Below are positions 36,731 to 46,648 of a stretch of 64,000 bases of DNA, one piece after another. The notes beneath the pieces were generated by a model. That model made no database searches, was not told the origin of the DNA, and was given only the letters and a program-made list of their open reading frames with translations. The translations under genes were made by a program, and so were the position numbers. Origin of the DNA: a virus (Duplodnaviria > Heunggongvirae > Uroviricota > Caudoviricetes); IMG/VR virus record IMGVR_UViG_3300032007_000002, one strand, 5' to 3'. How positions within the stretch are numbered: the stretch's first letter is position 1; the number at the start of each line of letters is the position of its first letter.

Positions 36731-37788
36731 TGGGAACGCTCCTTCGGGAAAGATTTCGGTGTGACATTGAACGAGAACGGCTTGCGGTACAATGCGGCCA
36801 GCCGGGCCTTGTCCTTGCGGGTGCCATTCTCGATACGCTGCGCGATTTTCTCGCGATTCTTGTTGACGCCGGGTTCCGACTCGACGAGGCGCCTGTAGAA
36901 CTCTTCGGAAGTCACTTCGACATCGTCGCCTTCCTTCTGCTCCACGTAGAACCGGTTAAGCGGAATTTTCTCGCCCTTCGGGGTGAGGATGTACTGGTGC
37001 CAGTACATGTCGTAGCTGCCCGGTTCCCCGTCTTCCGTGTTGTAGGTCTTGCGGTAAACCTTGTAGGGCGGGACGGTTGCCGTGTAGGGGAACTTGACGA
37101 GGTTCCCGATGACATCCTCGACCGCCTTGGTCGCATTGAAGCTGGAACAGGGGCAGATGTGGCCGTCATCGGATACGTCCATCGCCACCACCGCGTCGAA
37201 GTCGCGGTATTTCACCGTTCCGTCCGGGTAGACATACTTGCGGAGACCGTAATGCCGTCCGCAATCGTAGCTGACATATTCGCGCTTCCTGCCAATGTCG
37301 GGGGACTTGTACCAGCTGGGTTCGTCTTCCAGGATCGGGGTGAGCGGGAGGCACCTGGCCAGCTTCTTGAACACGTCACGGATGAATACGAAGTCGTGAT
37401 CGGTGAGCTTGCGCTCTTCCTCCGACATGGTGTCGTCGCCGAGACGGGCGTCGCAGAGCATGCGGTATGTGGAAAGCGCGGAACGCCAGCAGAAGTCGGC
37501 AAGCGACTCCCATTCGAACTCTGTGCCATTCTTGCAGGCATCCGCGAACTTTTTATCGTTCGGCCCGAACACTTTCTTGCACCGGCTCACCGCAAGGTCG
37601 AGACGGTCCTTGTGCATGGCGAAATCCAGGAACAGGTTGCTGGTGAAGCCCCAGGAACCTCCGCTGTGGCCGTCGTCCAGCATGTGCTGGTGGAGGTCAC
37701 ATGCGATGTCGCAGCACAGCGCGTCGCGCTTGCCTACGCGGGACTTGAGGATTTCGATTTCGTACTTGTTTTTTTCGGAAACGCTCAT
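36709..37788 (-). CDS. Hypothetical phage protein with GHSGGS motif (359 aa)
   Basis: Long ORF in operon. Confidence 0.75.
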   Translation of the reverse strand: MSVSEKNKYEIEILKSRVGKRDALCCDIACDLHQHMLDDGHSGGSWGFTSNLFLDFAMHKDRLDLAVSRCKKVFGPNDKKFADACKNGTEFEWESLADFCWRSALSTYRMLCDARLGDDTMSEEERKLTDHDFVFIRDVFKKLARCLPLTPILEDEPSWYKSPDIGRKREYVSYDCGRHYGLRKYVYPDGTVKYRDFDAVVAMDVSDDGHICPCSSFNATKAVEDVIGNLVKFPYTATVPPYKVYRKTYNTEDGEPGSYDMYWHQYILTPKGEKIPLNRFYVEQKEGDDVEVTSEEFYRRLVESEPGVNKNREKIAQRIENGTRKDKARLAALYRKPFSFNVTPKSFPKERSQWLPSKP

Positions 37789-38231
37789 CTTGACTCATCC
37801 TGTATAATGGTCTGCATCTTCATCACCATGTCCGTATAGTTGTTCACGGACTGGTTGAGCGCACGCATCGCGGTAGCGCTGTCGGAAATGCCGAACCTGT
37901 TTGAATAGAAAGTGACTGTGGAGAAACGCGGGTCGTCCCACCGGGCACGGAAGCTGATTTTGCCTGTCAAAATGAACAGGTCCTTGATAGGGATCTGCTT
38001 CATCTGCAAGTCGGACGGGGACAGCGTCAGCACGACACGGGCCTTTACCGTAATACGGTCGATGCCGTCGGCCACCGGGGCCGCGCTGATGATGTCGTCG
38101 ATGAGGACGATACACCTGTCGCAGAACGCCTCCTCGCCTTCCACCGGGCTGTCCCACGGGCGGGTGCTGTAATCGACCCACTTCCCGGCGAGGTGGGCAT
38201 ACTTTTCGCTGACGTCTTTAACTTCGGACAT
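37785..38231 (-). CDS. Hypothetical protein (148 aa)
   Basis: Overlapping start and stop codons. Confidence 0.7.
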   Translation of the reverse strand: MSEVKDVSEKYAHLAGKWVDYSTRPWDSPVEGEEAFCDRCIVLIDDIISAAPVADGIDRITVKARVVLTLSPSDLQMKQIPIKDLFILTGKISFRARWDDPRFSTVTFYSNRFGISDSATAMRALNQSVNNYTDMVMKMQTIIQDESR

Positions 38232-38689
38232 TAGATACGCTCCTCGGTAAAGTTTTCCGATGCTCTTTCGAGCGCGGCCTTCTTCGCATCCGTATCGATC
38301 TCGTTATCGTACATCTTGCGGGCTACTCCGATAAGTTCGGTGGCCTGGATTGCCGTATTGTAGTCGCCCATCGAGATAAAGTGGTCGAATATCATGTAGG
38401 CATACCAGATTGCCGAATAGCCCACTATGCCGAATCCAATGTCGTCGGAAAAGATAGAAAACTCGGGAAGCGGGGCGAGGCGGCCGTCATTCATTCCCTT
38501 GGCGGCAAGTTCGAAAATGCCGTCGCTCATGAAAATCCCGATATAGCTGTCATCGGGTTCACTGCCGGACAGGAACTCGTCGATAAAGGCCTCGTTTACG
38601 TGCGGCAGTCCGTACTCGGCATACAGCTCCTTCATGTTCCCGTATTCGCTGGATGTCCTGAACGGGCACAGTTCTTGATTATCTTGCAT
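38231..38689 (-). CDS. Acidic hypothetical protein (152 aa)
   Basis: GAGGAG RBS. Confidence 0.7.
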   Translation of the reverse strand: MQDNQELCPFRTSSEYGNMKELYAEYGLPHVNEAFIDEFLSGSEPDDSYIGIFMSDGIFELAAKGMNDGRLAPLPEFSIFSDDIGFGIVGYSAIWYAYMIFDHFISMGDYNTAIQATELIGVARKMYDNEIDTDAKKAALERASENFTEERI

Positions 38690-38806
38690 AGCTCCTCGCT
38701 ACTGTTTGTTACTGGTTGGGACCGTTCTGAATGGACGGAGACGAAACCGTCCGCCGTCCTCTGGAATGTGGCGACCGCGAACCGGTCACCGCCCTTGGCG
38801 CCCAGG

Positions 38807-39529
38807 TCAAGGGATCTTATCGAGGGACTTGCTGATTTCATCGAGAACCCCCTGGCACTCGGCATCCAGTTTCTGCTGCGACTGGTTGCGATCCCGTTGG
38901 GCCTTGTATTCGTCAATCCACACTTCCGGCGACACTACGCTCACATAAGGGAAATTGTACCTTGCCGGAGCGTGGGAACGCTTCACCGTCTTGGCGAACT
39001 CGTCGATGCAGTATTGGCGGTATTCGGCGAAGTCCGTATCGTTCGGGATTTCGCTTTTCGCGATGGCCAGGAACGTGTCGAGGAGGGCCGGGGCGAACTC
39101 GAACGACTCGAAGCGCTCTTCCCCCGCAAAGATGGCGAAGCTCACGTTGAACTTCTTCGCCGGAATGGCAATCTGGCGGAAATACATGTTGGAGTGCGAC
39201 GCGAAACGGTCGAATGCCTTGGCGTGACGGATCATGTGCCCAGTCACGCTCTTCATGATGGCATTGAACTCGGCGTTTTTCTTGCAGCACTGCCCGACCC
39301 CGACGTGATACGGTTCGGTCAGGCCATTCAGCTTGTAAGGGATGAGGCGGAGAAGATTCTGGTCGACGATGTCGTCAAGCTGGTTCTTGCCGGAATATAC
39401 GAACCGGATGTCGATTCCGGTGCCGCTCTCGACGATTTCTGCAACCTTTGCATTGGGGACCATTACTTCCGCCAGAGCTTCGCTGATGTTTTCCATCGCG
39501 CGTTTCGTCTTTGACTTGAAGAGACTCAT
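38807..39529 (-). CDS. Hypothetical protein (240 aa)
   Basis: Overlaps the upstream stop. Confidence 0.7.
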   Translation of the reverse strand: MSLFKSKTKRAMENISEALAEVMVPNAKVAEIVESGTGIDIRFVYSGKNQLDDIVDQNLLRLIPYKLNGLTEPYHVGVGQCCKKNAEFNAIMKSVTGHMIRHAKAFDRFASHSNMYFRQIAIPAKKFNVSFAIFAGEERFESFEFAPALLDTFLAIAKSEIPNDTDFAEYRQYCIDEFAKTVKRSHAPARYNFPYVSVVSPEVWIDEYKAQRDRNQSQQKLDAECQGVLDEISKSLDKIP

Positions 39530-40269
39530 TTTTTGTCTTCCTGTGTTTTGGGGTTCGTTCCGTTTCCGACGAACGCGTCCTGCGGTCCGATGTCGGTAAT
39601 GAAGAAAGTCGTTGTGTAGAAGTCTTCGATGCCGAGTATCGGCATGCCGGCAGCTTCAAACGTCTTGCGCTTCTGCGGCAGGTTGCCGTCATGGGCCACT
39701 TCGACATTGTTCGGGATGAACGTGAGATACTGGTGCTGTGCACGGGCGACAAACAGGCCGTGCTTATGGAGTATTGCGCTCAGGTGGTTGAGGGCTTCGT
39801 TGATTTCATTCCTGGCCTGCGGCGACACAGCATAGGTGATTTTGTTTACCGGGATGGCCACGGCAGCATTTTTGAACATTTCAAGGATGTCCGGCATCTT
39901 TTCTTCGCACTTGAACTCGGTCTTGAAATACTTCACGTTCTTCGAACCGTCGATCGTGACGACGGTGATGCTTGCAGTGCGGGCATATACTGCCACTTCT
40001 TTAAAGAAGGACTTGATGGATACGGTCATCTCGATCCAGAACGCGCCGACGCGCAGGCCAGATTTCCATTCAGTCACGTCGCAGGACGGCTTCGTGGAGT
40101 CGCTGACGAACAGGCTTGCGGACATGCCCTTGAGCTTTTCCATCCGCTCGACCTTCGTCCGTGCATCGTTGAGAAGCGATGTAATGGATGTCTTGATGAG
40201 GCTTGTATAGACGCAAGGATTGTCCTCGACGTCGGAAGTAACGATCTTGATTGCTTTTTCTAAGTTCAT
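39526..40269 (-). CDS. Hypothetical protein (247 aa), apparently leaderless
   Basis: ATG 6 nt after TATATT. Confidence 0.75.
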   Translation of the reverse strand: MNLEKAIKIVTSDVEDNPCVYTSLIKTSITSLLNDARTKVERMEKLKGMSASLFVSDSTKPSCDVTEWKSGLRVGAFWIEMTVSIKSFFKEVAVYARTASITVVTIDGSKNVKYFKTEFKCEEKMPDILEMFKNAAVAIPVNKITYAVSPQARNEINEALNHLSAILHKHGLFVARAQHQYLTFIPNNVEVAHDGNLPQKRKTFEAAGMPILGIEDFYTTTFFITDIGPQDAFVGNGTNPKTQEDKK

Positions 40270-40377
40270 GTCAAAAATATAGCAAAAAGCTCCGCCGGAT
40301 TGTCAAAAATACCGATAATTCATTTTTGACAATGGTACCATTTTTGTCAAATTTCGGCAAAATTTGACAAAAATGGT
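40270..40377. promoter_or_regulatory. AT-rich divergent control region with TGTCAAAAAT/TGACAAAAAT repeats and an 18-bp perfect inverted repeat
   Basis: ACCATTTTTGTCAAATTT-cggca-AAATTTGACAAAAATGGT at 40337-40377; a second pair at 40300-40310/40322-40332; another copy at about 40270. Confidence 0.75.
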
Positions 40378-40463
40378 GAAATATAGTAAATATTTGAAAA
40401 CATTGTGTTACAAACCGGCATAAAAACCTATATTTGTCTTACAGAACTTTTCAAGGAGATACA

Positions 40464-42455
40464 ATGTGCAACGATGAATTTTCCGACCTGATCAAGGAAC
40501 TTGCCGACAACGGCATCGACAACGTAGCAGTCGAAGTCCAGTATGTGAAGACAGACGACGGTGGCCAGTGCCCCATGCTGACATTTACCCGGGGCCCGCT
40601 TACGTTCACCATGGGCGGCGAAGCGGCAAATATGCTCGGGAGGTCAACGATCGTGTCGGAACTTTGCGACCAGCTTTCCGACGACCACGTAAAGGAAGCC
40701 GAAATCACCAAGTGGCTCGCCGACGAGAAAATCTGTGCAGCCGCCCAATGCACGGTTCATGGGAACGAGACATACATTTCCTACGGCAATCAGCACGTAT
40801 GCCACCCGACGTCCATTTTCGGGCCGGATTGCCAGGAAGCCGACCGGCGCATGCTCCTTCTCGAATTCAAAGATGTCAACGAGCAGTTGGAGCCTGGATA
40901 TGCCCGGTTCATGCCGGCATGGGGTTCGGACAAGAGTCAGGAACTGTATGACCGTTTCGGTGTCCCTCACGGCAAGAACTACGTAATCTACTACAAGCGC
41001 CTGGACCGTCCCGAGCCGACGCTAGTCCTGACCTTCTCGCACAACCTGACAACGAATATATTGTCGGACGGCAAGCTGGTCACCGACCCCGCGATTTCCA
41101 AGAAAGTCCATGACTCCGTCGGCCCGCTGCCGGGAGGAGAGCTCGTGCTGACCGGCATCTACGTTCCGAACCACCCCGGCGAAGAGGACAACATTCTCCG
41201 GGAGTTCGTGTTCCTCGGCAACGTCCTGGCGAGCTACGGCGTATTGTGCATCGCCAATCCAGATACATATACGATTTCCTGCTCGAGCTGGGAACTGACC
41301 GGTCTGCTCAATGCGCTCGTCATCGCACGCTGGAACTGCAACACGGCGATCCGCGGATGGCTCCGGTGCATCAAGGAAGGCGCGGAATCCGCCCGCGGGT
41401 TCTATACCAGCGATCCGGGATGCTCCGCGGCGCCCATCATCGCAACCCCGTACAGGACATTCTGCGACGACCTGTTCGAGATGTTCCCGTTCCGCAATTT
41501 TGTCGTCCCCGCAACCCGCGAAAGTGCCAACACGCTGTGCCCGCACTACCTGGACCACCCGCAAAACATGCAGGAAATGCAGGAAGAGTGCGGCCGCCTG
41601 CGCCAGCTGTGCGAGGAACCACGCGCATATTGCAGGATTTCCCTCGCCAACCTCCCGAACGGCTCGCAGGAGGAAGTCCTTACCGTCGCCGTGGTAACGA
41701 TGCTCTACTCATGCAACAAGGTAGATAGGCTGGCCGGGGTCGGGCCGGACAAGGTATCTGCCACATACATGGTTTCGCCAGCGGAAGGAAAGCTCGAAAA
41801 GATAGTCGTCGATTACAACATGGTAGACACGCGCCTGATGTTCAGCTGCGAAACTGCCGCGAAGCTCGCCGAGCGGGAGTTCAAGGACAGGTTACTGCTG
41901 GACATCCTCAGCCTGGGCGAAATCCCGAAGCAGACGGAAAACACCGGCCGCAAGACAGTCACGGTGTCGCTCCCGCCAGCGATGCACGACTATGTCAAGA
42001 CGCAGGGTTCGACCGCGGGAAGCGTTTCCGCATATATCCAGTGCCTGGTCGAGCACGACATGTCCACCGGCACGGAATACCGTGAGATGGACGAGATGAC
42101 AAAGACGGTTATCCAGAAGTTCATGGACCTCGCCGAAAAGGAACATAGTGTTTATTGGAGCGCGTTCAAGGTACGCAATGACTGGATCCAGCTCCTGTTT
42201 GACAACAGGAGCAATTTCCCCAAGCTGCTTGTCGCGTTCCAGGACCTGTCGGTAAGCGATACCGGAATCCCGGTAGAGGTCACCTGGTCGTTAGATATGT
42301 CCCCGAACGACAACGTGTCGCGGAAAATCCTGTACAGGCCGGAGGACGGCAAGTGGATGCAGGAACAGGCGAAACGGCTGATCGATAAATACAAAGCGTG
42401 GTCAGCAAAGATGCTGGCCAATACGATGACCGACTACCGGAACATGAAGAAATGA
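40464..42455 (+). CDS. Large protein with an internal ribbon-helix-helix DNA-binding domain (663 aa)
   Basis: KTVTVSLPPAMHDYVK...SVSAYIQCLV RHH pattern; AAGGAG RBS; lone plus-strand gene in its region. Confidence 0.7.
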   Translation: MCNDEFSDLIKELADNGIDNVAVEVQYVKTDDGGQCPMLTFTRGPLTFTMGGEAANMLGRSTIVSELCDQLSDDHVKEAEITKWLADEKICAAAQCTVHGNETYISYGNQHVCHPTSIFGPDCQEADRRMLLLEFKDVNEQLEPGYARFMPAWGSDKSQELYDRFGVPHGKNYVIYYKRLDRPEPTLVLTFSHNLTTNILSDGKLVTDPAISKKVHDSVGPLPGGELVLTGIYVPNHPGEEDNILREFVFLGNVLASYGVLCIANPDTYTISCSSWELTGLLNALVIARWNCNTAIRGWLRCIKEGAESARGFYTSDPGCSAAPIIATPYRTFCDDLFEMFPFRNFVVPATRESANTLCPHYLDHPQNMQEMQEECGRLRQLCEEPRAYCRISLANLPNGSQEEVLTVAVVTMLYSCNKVDRLAGVGPDKVSATYMVSPAEGKLEKIVVDYNMVDTRLMFSCETAAKLAEREFKDRLLLDILSLGEIPKQTENTGRKTVTVSLPPAMHDYVKTQGSTAGSVSAYIQCLVEHDMSTGTEYREMDEMTKTVIQKFMDLAEKEHSVYWSAFKVRNDWIQLLFDNRSNFPKLLVAFQDLSVSDTGIPVEVTWSLDMSPNDNVSRKILYRPEDGKWMQEQAKRLIDKYKAWSAKMLANTMTDYRNMKK

Positions 42456-42485
42456 AGAAAGGCTGCCGAACGGCAGCCCTTCTTT

Positions 42486-42644
42486 TTAGTGTCCGCACCA
42501 CCAGGCCGACTGGCAGCCTTCGGGTGTTTCCGGCGGATCCCAGTACGGATTTCCTTCTTCGGAACCGGAACCTGCGAGCAGGCTCCCGTGCAGTTCCGCG
42601 TCAACGACTTCCATAGTGGGCTTCACGTATGCTTTCTTAGTCAT
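42486..42644 (-). CDS. RiPP-precursor-like peptide (52 aa)
   Basis: KKAYVKPTMEVV...LLAGS leader followed by a Trp/Cys/Pro-rich core. Confidence 0.6.
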   Translation of the reverse strand: MTKKAYVKPTMEVVDAELHGSLLAGSGSEEGNPYWDPPETPEGCQSAWWCGH

Positions 42645-42801
42645 CTTCAGCCATCCTTGACATGTGTTGGTTAAAAGCGGTTTCACCGTCGTCATCGTCC
42701 ATGGAACACATCATGCTGCTGAACTCGCTGTTCATGCCGCAATCTTCCATGTCCTCATAGCCGATGTCGTCTTCTTCGTCGATATTGTATCTTGCAGCCA
42801 T
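42637..42801 (-). CDS. Very acidic 54-aa peptide
   Basis: Hand translation gives 18 D/E in 54 aa; GAGGT RBS; stop overlaps the next start. Confidence 0.6.
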   Translation of the reverse strand: MAARYNIDEEDDIGYEDMEDCGMNSEFSSMMCSMDDDDGETAFNQHMSRMAEDD

Positions 42802-42823
42802 AGTTTACACCTCGCTAGACATT

Positions 42824-43063
42824 TCACCAACCCCCGTAATCGTCGAGCTTGCCGTCCGCGTCGAGGGACATCGAGAACAGCTTCAGCCAGCTGCGTTTTT
42901 CTTCCTTGTTGTGGAACGCCCAGATGCGGGTCGCGCGGAGCGCGTTGAGCACGTAACATTCGATGAAGGCAAGGACGAAAGTGGCTGCGCCGAGTATTGC
43001 GCACGGGATGAAGAACACCGCATAGAGAAGGGCGGAAATGAGCTTCCGCAACAGCCCTAGCAT
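42824..43063 (-). CDS. Small membrane protein (79 aa)
   Basis: Long N-terminal hydrophobic segment. Confidence 0.6.
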   Translation of the reverse strand: MLGLLRKLISALLYAVFFIPCAILGAATFVLAFIECYVLNALRATRIWAFHNKEEKRSWLKLFSMSLDADGKLDDYGGW

Positions 43064-44895
43064 GCCGTCCCCTCGGTGCCCTGCGGATTCGGGTCATTGG
43101 ACTTGCGCGGCTTGCAGTAAAACACGATGATGTCGCCGTCTTCCTTGCCTACCGTGCACTTGATGCCCTGGTGCTGGAGCGCGTGGAGCACGTCATAGAG
43201 CGCATACGGGGCGACCGGGACGCTTTCACGGTGCTTGATGAAGTATTCCTCGTCGGAGACATACTTCGTTTCCGGGAAGTCCTTGATTTTGGGACGGTCC
43301 GCAATCTTTGGCTTGTCCTGTTCAGCCTTGCGTTCCTTTTCCTCGACTATCCGGTTGAGGAGGCAGCAGGCGAACACCATGTTGCAGTTTGCCGCAAGGA
43401 GCATGCCCTGCTTGGCAGGGATCCGGTTCCCCTTGAACAGGTGGACTTCGTAAGCGGAGCTATTTTCGTCATATTGAAGACTGATGCCGGTCAGGGCGTC
43501 ATCGCTGATGCACTTTCGATCAATCCTGAAACTGGCATGGGTATAATACCAATCTACCTGGCCAGTGGTACGGACGGGCATGTTGCCCACGTCGGCGATT
43601 ACCAGTTCCGGCTGGCGGATGAAACGGATTGCGAGGTCGTCGAGCACGTCGGCCACCTGGTCAACGAAATCCGGTTCGGGATTGTCCGTCTTCTTTGCCG
43701 ATTCGGGATTGTCCGTCTTCTTTGCCGGATGCTTAAGGTTGAAAATCTTTTCACGGAGCTTGCAGGCATACTGGACTTGGGGATCGTCTTCGCGGACAAA
43801 GACCGGGACGGTCTCCTTTCCGTTTACGGAGAATGTCACGGAATAGGTCTTGTCGTTATGATACTTGAACATGACGACTTCCATTGTTCGGTCATCGCGC
43901 TTGTTCCTGAGATAGAAGTCGCCACCGGTATAACGGGTGCCTGTCAGCACGGGCGGCTTGACCGCGATTTCGGACACCTGTTCCGGGTTATTTTCCATTG
44001 CGATTGCCATGATGCCGAAGAACTCGTTCAGCTTGTTTTCGCACACCCCGCCGGCCGTCCCGGCAGGGGTCGGCTCAAGCGGCATTGCGGGCTGGTCGAC
44101 GGGAACGAGTTTGAAGGGGGCGTATTTCTTGAATGCCGCTTCGATACGGGCGACATGCGGATCGCTGGCGCGAAGATAGCCTTCGACATGCACTGCGCCC
44201 GTTCTGGTCGCGATGAGAATTTTCTTCGCATAGGGACTATCCTTGTCCTGCCCCTTCACATCCCAGCAAAGCAGGGCGGACATATTGCCGCTGTCACTTT
44301 CGTCTAGGCGAGATATTTGCTTGGTAGTGAAATTGACTTGGGTGGTGGTGGCGAAAGTGTCCGGGTTGTGTTCCGATGCGACCCAGTCCGCAATCGGTTT
44401 GTTCACGTCCGCGTCCGCGAGGTCGAGGAATTGGTCGATTGCTTCACAAATTTTGGCTTCGTTGGCGTCTACGGAAATCGGTTCCTGTTCCATTTTTGGC
44501 TCCTTTTCAGTCACTTTAAGAAGGTATTTCGGAAGTTTTTGCACCAGTTCAATGAAGTTCTTGACTGTGTGGTATTCTGCGGAGAAAAATCCCCATACGG
44601 ACCTGCCGTCGCAGGTATACTGGGTCAGCTTGTAATGGTAGCCTTCCCAGTCAAGCGACATTTTCTTTATGCCGATAACCCGGTGTTCGGAATTGATGCG
44701 CTCGACCATGACATGCTGCGGGCGGTGCGTGCGCGTCAGTTCTTCATAGTCGGGGTTGTTGATTTCGAACCTGATGTTCTGGGCATTGCCGTTAAGATCT
44801 TGCTTGACGGCGTCGATAAATGCGGATGCGGCGAAATTGAGGTTGTGGATTTCCTTTTCGCCGGTAATGTGGTATGTTGCTGTGTTTTCGCTCAT
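43057..44895 (-). CDS. Large hypothetical protein (612 aa), apparently leaderless
   Basis: ATG 6 nt after TATATT; contains a 27-bp tandem duplication (AKKTDNPE x2). Confidence 0.8.
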   Translation of the reverse strand: MSENTATYHITGEKEIHNLNFAASAFIDAVKQDLNGNAQNIRFEINNPDYEELTRTHRPQHVMVERINSEHRVIGIKKMSLDWEGYHYKLTQYTCDGRSVWGFFSAEYHTVKNFIELVQKLPKYLLKVTEKEPKMEQEPISVDANEAKICEAIDQFLDLADADVNKPIADWVASEHNPDTFATTTQVNFTTKQISRLDESDSGNMSALLCWDVKGQDKDSPYAKKILIATRTGAVHVEGYLRASDPHVARIEAAFKKYAPFKLVPVDQPAMPLEPTPAGTAGGVCENKLNEFFGIMAIAMENNPEQVSEIAVKPPVLTGTRYTGGDFYLRNKRDDRTMEVVMFKYHNDKTYSVTFSVNGKETVPVFVREDDPQVQYACKLREKIFNLKHPAKKTDNPESAKKTDNPEPDFVDQVADVLDDLAIRFIRQPELVIADVGNMPVRTTGQVDWYYTHASFRIDRKCISDDALTGISLQYDENSSAYEVHLFKGNRIPAKQGMLLAANCNMVFACCLLNRIVEEKERKAEQDKPKIADRPKIKDFPETKYVSDEEYFIKHRESVPVAPYALYDVLHALQHQGIKCTVGKEDGDIIVFYCKPRKSNDPNPQGTEGTAC

Positions 44896-44913
44896 GCTTG
44901 AAATATAGCAAAA

Positions 44914-45342
44914 TCAGCAATGTCTGATGTCGCCGGATAAGGTAGAAACGTTTCCCAACACGCTACCGCCGATGTCGACGTCGCCGGAGCCCGACTTTAC
45001 CGAACCGTCCACGCGCTGCCCGATCTTGATGCTGCCGGAACCGCTTTCGACATCCCCGCCGACGTTCCCGTGTACGGTAACGCTACCGGAGCCGCTATGG
45101 ATGGACTTCGAGTTCCCGGTCACTTCGACAGTGCCGGAACCGTTCTCGATGTCGCCCACGTCCCCGGTAATCTGGATTACGACCTTGCGGTCGGTTATCC
45201 CGACGTCCTTGCCGTCCACGAGGACTGTATTTCCGTTTACCACCACGTTCCGGCCGACGTAGGTCTGGCCGTTGATCGTGACGGTGGAAGAGTTGCCGAT
45301 GCCCTTAATTGCGGCATGGATGATGTTTCCGATGATGCCCAT
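44914..45342 (-). CDS. Gly/Ser/Val-rich beta-solenoid-like protein (142 aa)
   Basis: Repeated GSGxVxVxGxV units. Confidence 0.65.
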   Translation of the reverse strand: MGIIGNIIHAAIKGIGNSSTVTINGQTYVGRNVVVNGNTVLVDGKDVGITDRKVVIQITGDVGDIENGSGTVEVTGNSKSIHSGSGSVTVHGNVGGDVESGSGSIKIGQRVDGSVKSGSGDVDIGGSVLGNVSTLSGDIRHC

Positions 45343-45345
45343 AAA

Positions 45346-46278
45346 TTACCAGTAACTCGGGGTGTTTTTCTTAACATAGTTCATATAGTCGTCTTCCGAA
45401 ATCAGCGGCCAAGTCTGTGCGCACACGCTGATGAACTCAGTCAGTGGAAGGTTGTAATCCGACGAACGGAACACGAACTTGCTCTGATCGGCTTCGTTGA
45501 ATGTACGCAAGATTTCCAGCTCGACATGCGCCTCGCCCTTTGTGGGAATGATTTTAAGCCGGGCGGAATCGCGGTAGGGCAACTTGCGGTATAGGCAAAT
45601 TGTTCCGTCCTTGCCGTTGACCGCAAACGAATTGGCATCGCTAATTTTCGTCCCGACTTCCAGCGTCCCATGTAAAAGATACTTTGCAATAAGGCACGAG
45701 GCATAGTCCGTCGGGTAATTATGGCTGTCAAGCAGCTTCAACGCAGCATCGCGCAATGCCGAGTTCGATATGTCGCGGAACTGGTCAATGAATACATCGG
45801 TATCAAAGCCAAGCTCCTTTATTGTCTTATAGCAAATCGGGAAATGCTCCGGGAAATGTTCGCCCGGCCCGACATCCTCGCTGGCCGAGGAACTTCCTGC
45901 GGCATCGCTTGGAATTGGGGCCGGGGTCACATTGTTATCGGGTCCGCCGTCAGCGGGAAGTTCCGGCTGGGAGACATCCGCGGTTGCCTCCGTTGTTGCC
46001 GGCTCCGCCATTGCGTCAGGCACGGCTTCAGACACTCTCTTGCAAAGGTTCAGCTCGACCGTATCGCCTGGACCGAGGGGACGTCCCGGCGTGAGGATAA
46101 TGTCTCTCGGGTCCGGCATGGGTATCTGGCATCCGTAGACAGGGACAATATGGGGGCCTCCGAGTTCCTCCTTCGACTTGTGGGGGATGACCGAAGGGTC
46201 GATAATGCCGCGGGCATACAGTTCCTCGAACTCGTCCACGGTACATTCGATGTCGCAGTTTTTCCACTTGAATTTCAT
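45346..46278 (-). CDS. Hypothetical protein (310 aa)
   Basis: Start MKFKW 2 nt after the upstream stop. Confidence 0.7.
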   Translation of the reverse strand: MKFKWKNCDIECTVDEFEELYARGIIDPSVIPHKSKEELGGPHIVPVYGCQIPMPDPRDIILTPGRPLGPGDTVELNLCKRVSEAVPDAMAEPATTEATADVSQPELPADGGPDNNVTPAPIPSDAAGSSSASEDVGPGEHFPEHFPICYKTIKELGFDTDVFIDQFRDISNSALRDAALKLLDSHNYPTDYASCLIAKYLLHGTLEVGTKISDANSFAVNGKDGTICLYRKLPYRDSARLKIIPTKGEAHVELEILRTFNEADQSKFVFRSSDYNLPLTEFISVCAQTWPLISEDDYMNYVKKNTPSYW

Positions 46279-46280
46279 GA

Positions 46281-46646
46281 TTACCCCGCCTGCGGTGTAG
46301 GAGTGAGGACCATCTTCTGCATGTCCTTGTCCACGGTGATATGGAACTTGGTGTTGGCGTCCGCCCGCATGTCGATCTTGACGCTGTGGATGACATTGTT
46401 TTGGCGCATCCCGGTGAAGCTGTCCCAGCCGAGGGAGATAGTGAGGGTCGGGAACGCACGGCCAGTCTCGTAATTGACATGGCCCATCATGCAAAGGCCG
46501 CAGTCCATGCACCCGGACTGGTGCCAGTCGAGTTCATTGACGTAGAAACCGCCGTTGAAATACTTGTAGGTGAGTTCGGTCAGCGTGAAATCCAGGTTGA
46601 TTTCCTTCGCGGCCTCTTCGAAGCCCATTCGTTCAAAATCAGTCAT
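46281..46646 (-). CDS. Hypothetical protein (121 aa)
   Basis: AAGGAG RBS. Confidence 0.65.
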   Translation of the reverse strand: MTDFERMGFEEAAKEINLDFTLTELTYKYFNGGFYVNELDWHQSGCMDCGLCMMGHVNYETGRAFPTLTISLGWDSFTGMRQNNVIHSVKIDMRADANTKFHITVDKDMQKMVLTPTPQAG

Positions 46647-46648
46647 GG

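Noticed and set aside
43675-43727. 27-bp tandem duplication
   Set aside because: Simple in-frame linker duplication; no sign of a regulatory or variable-repeat system
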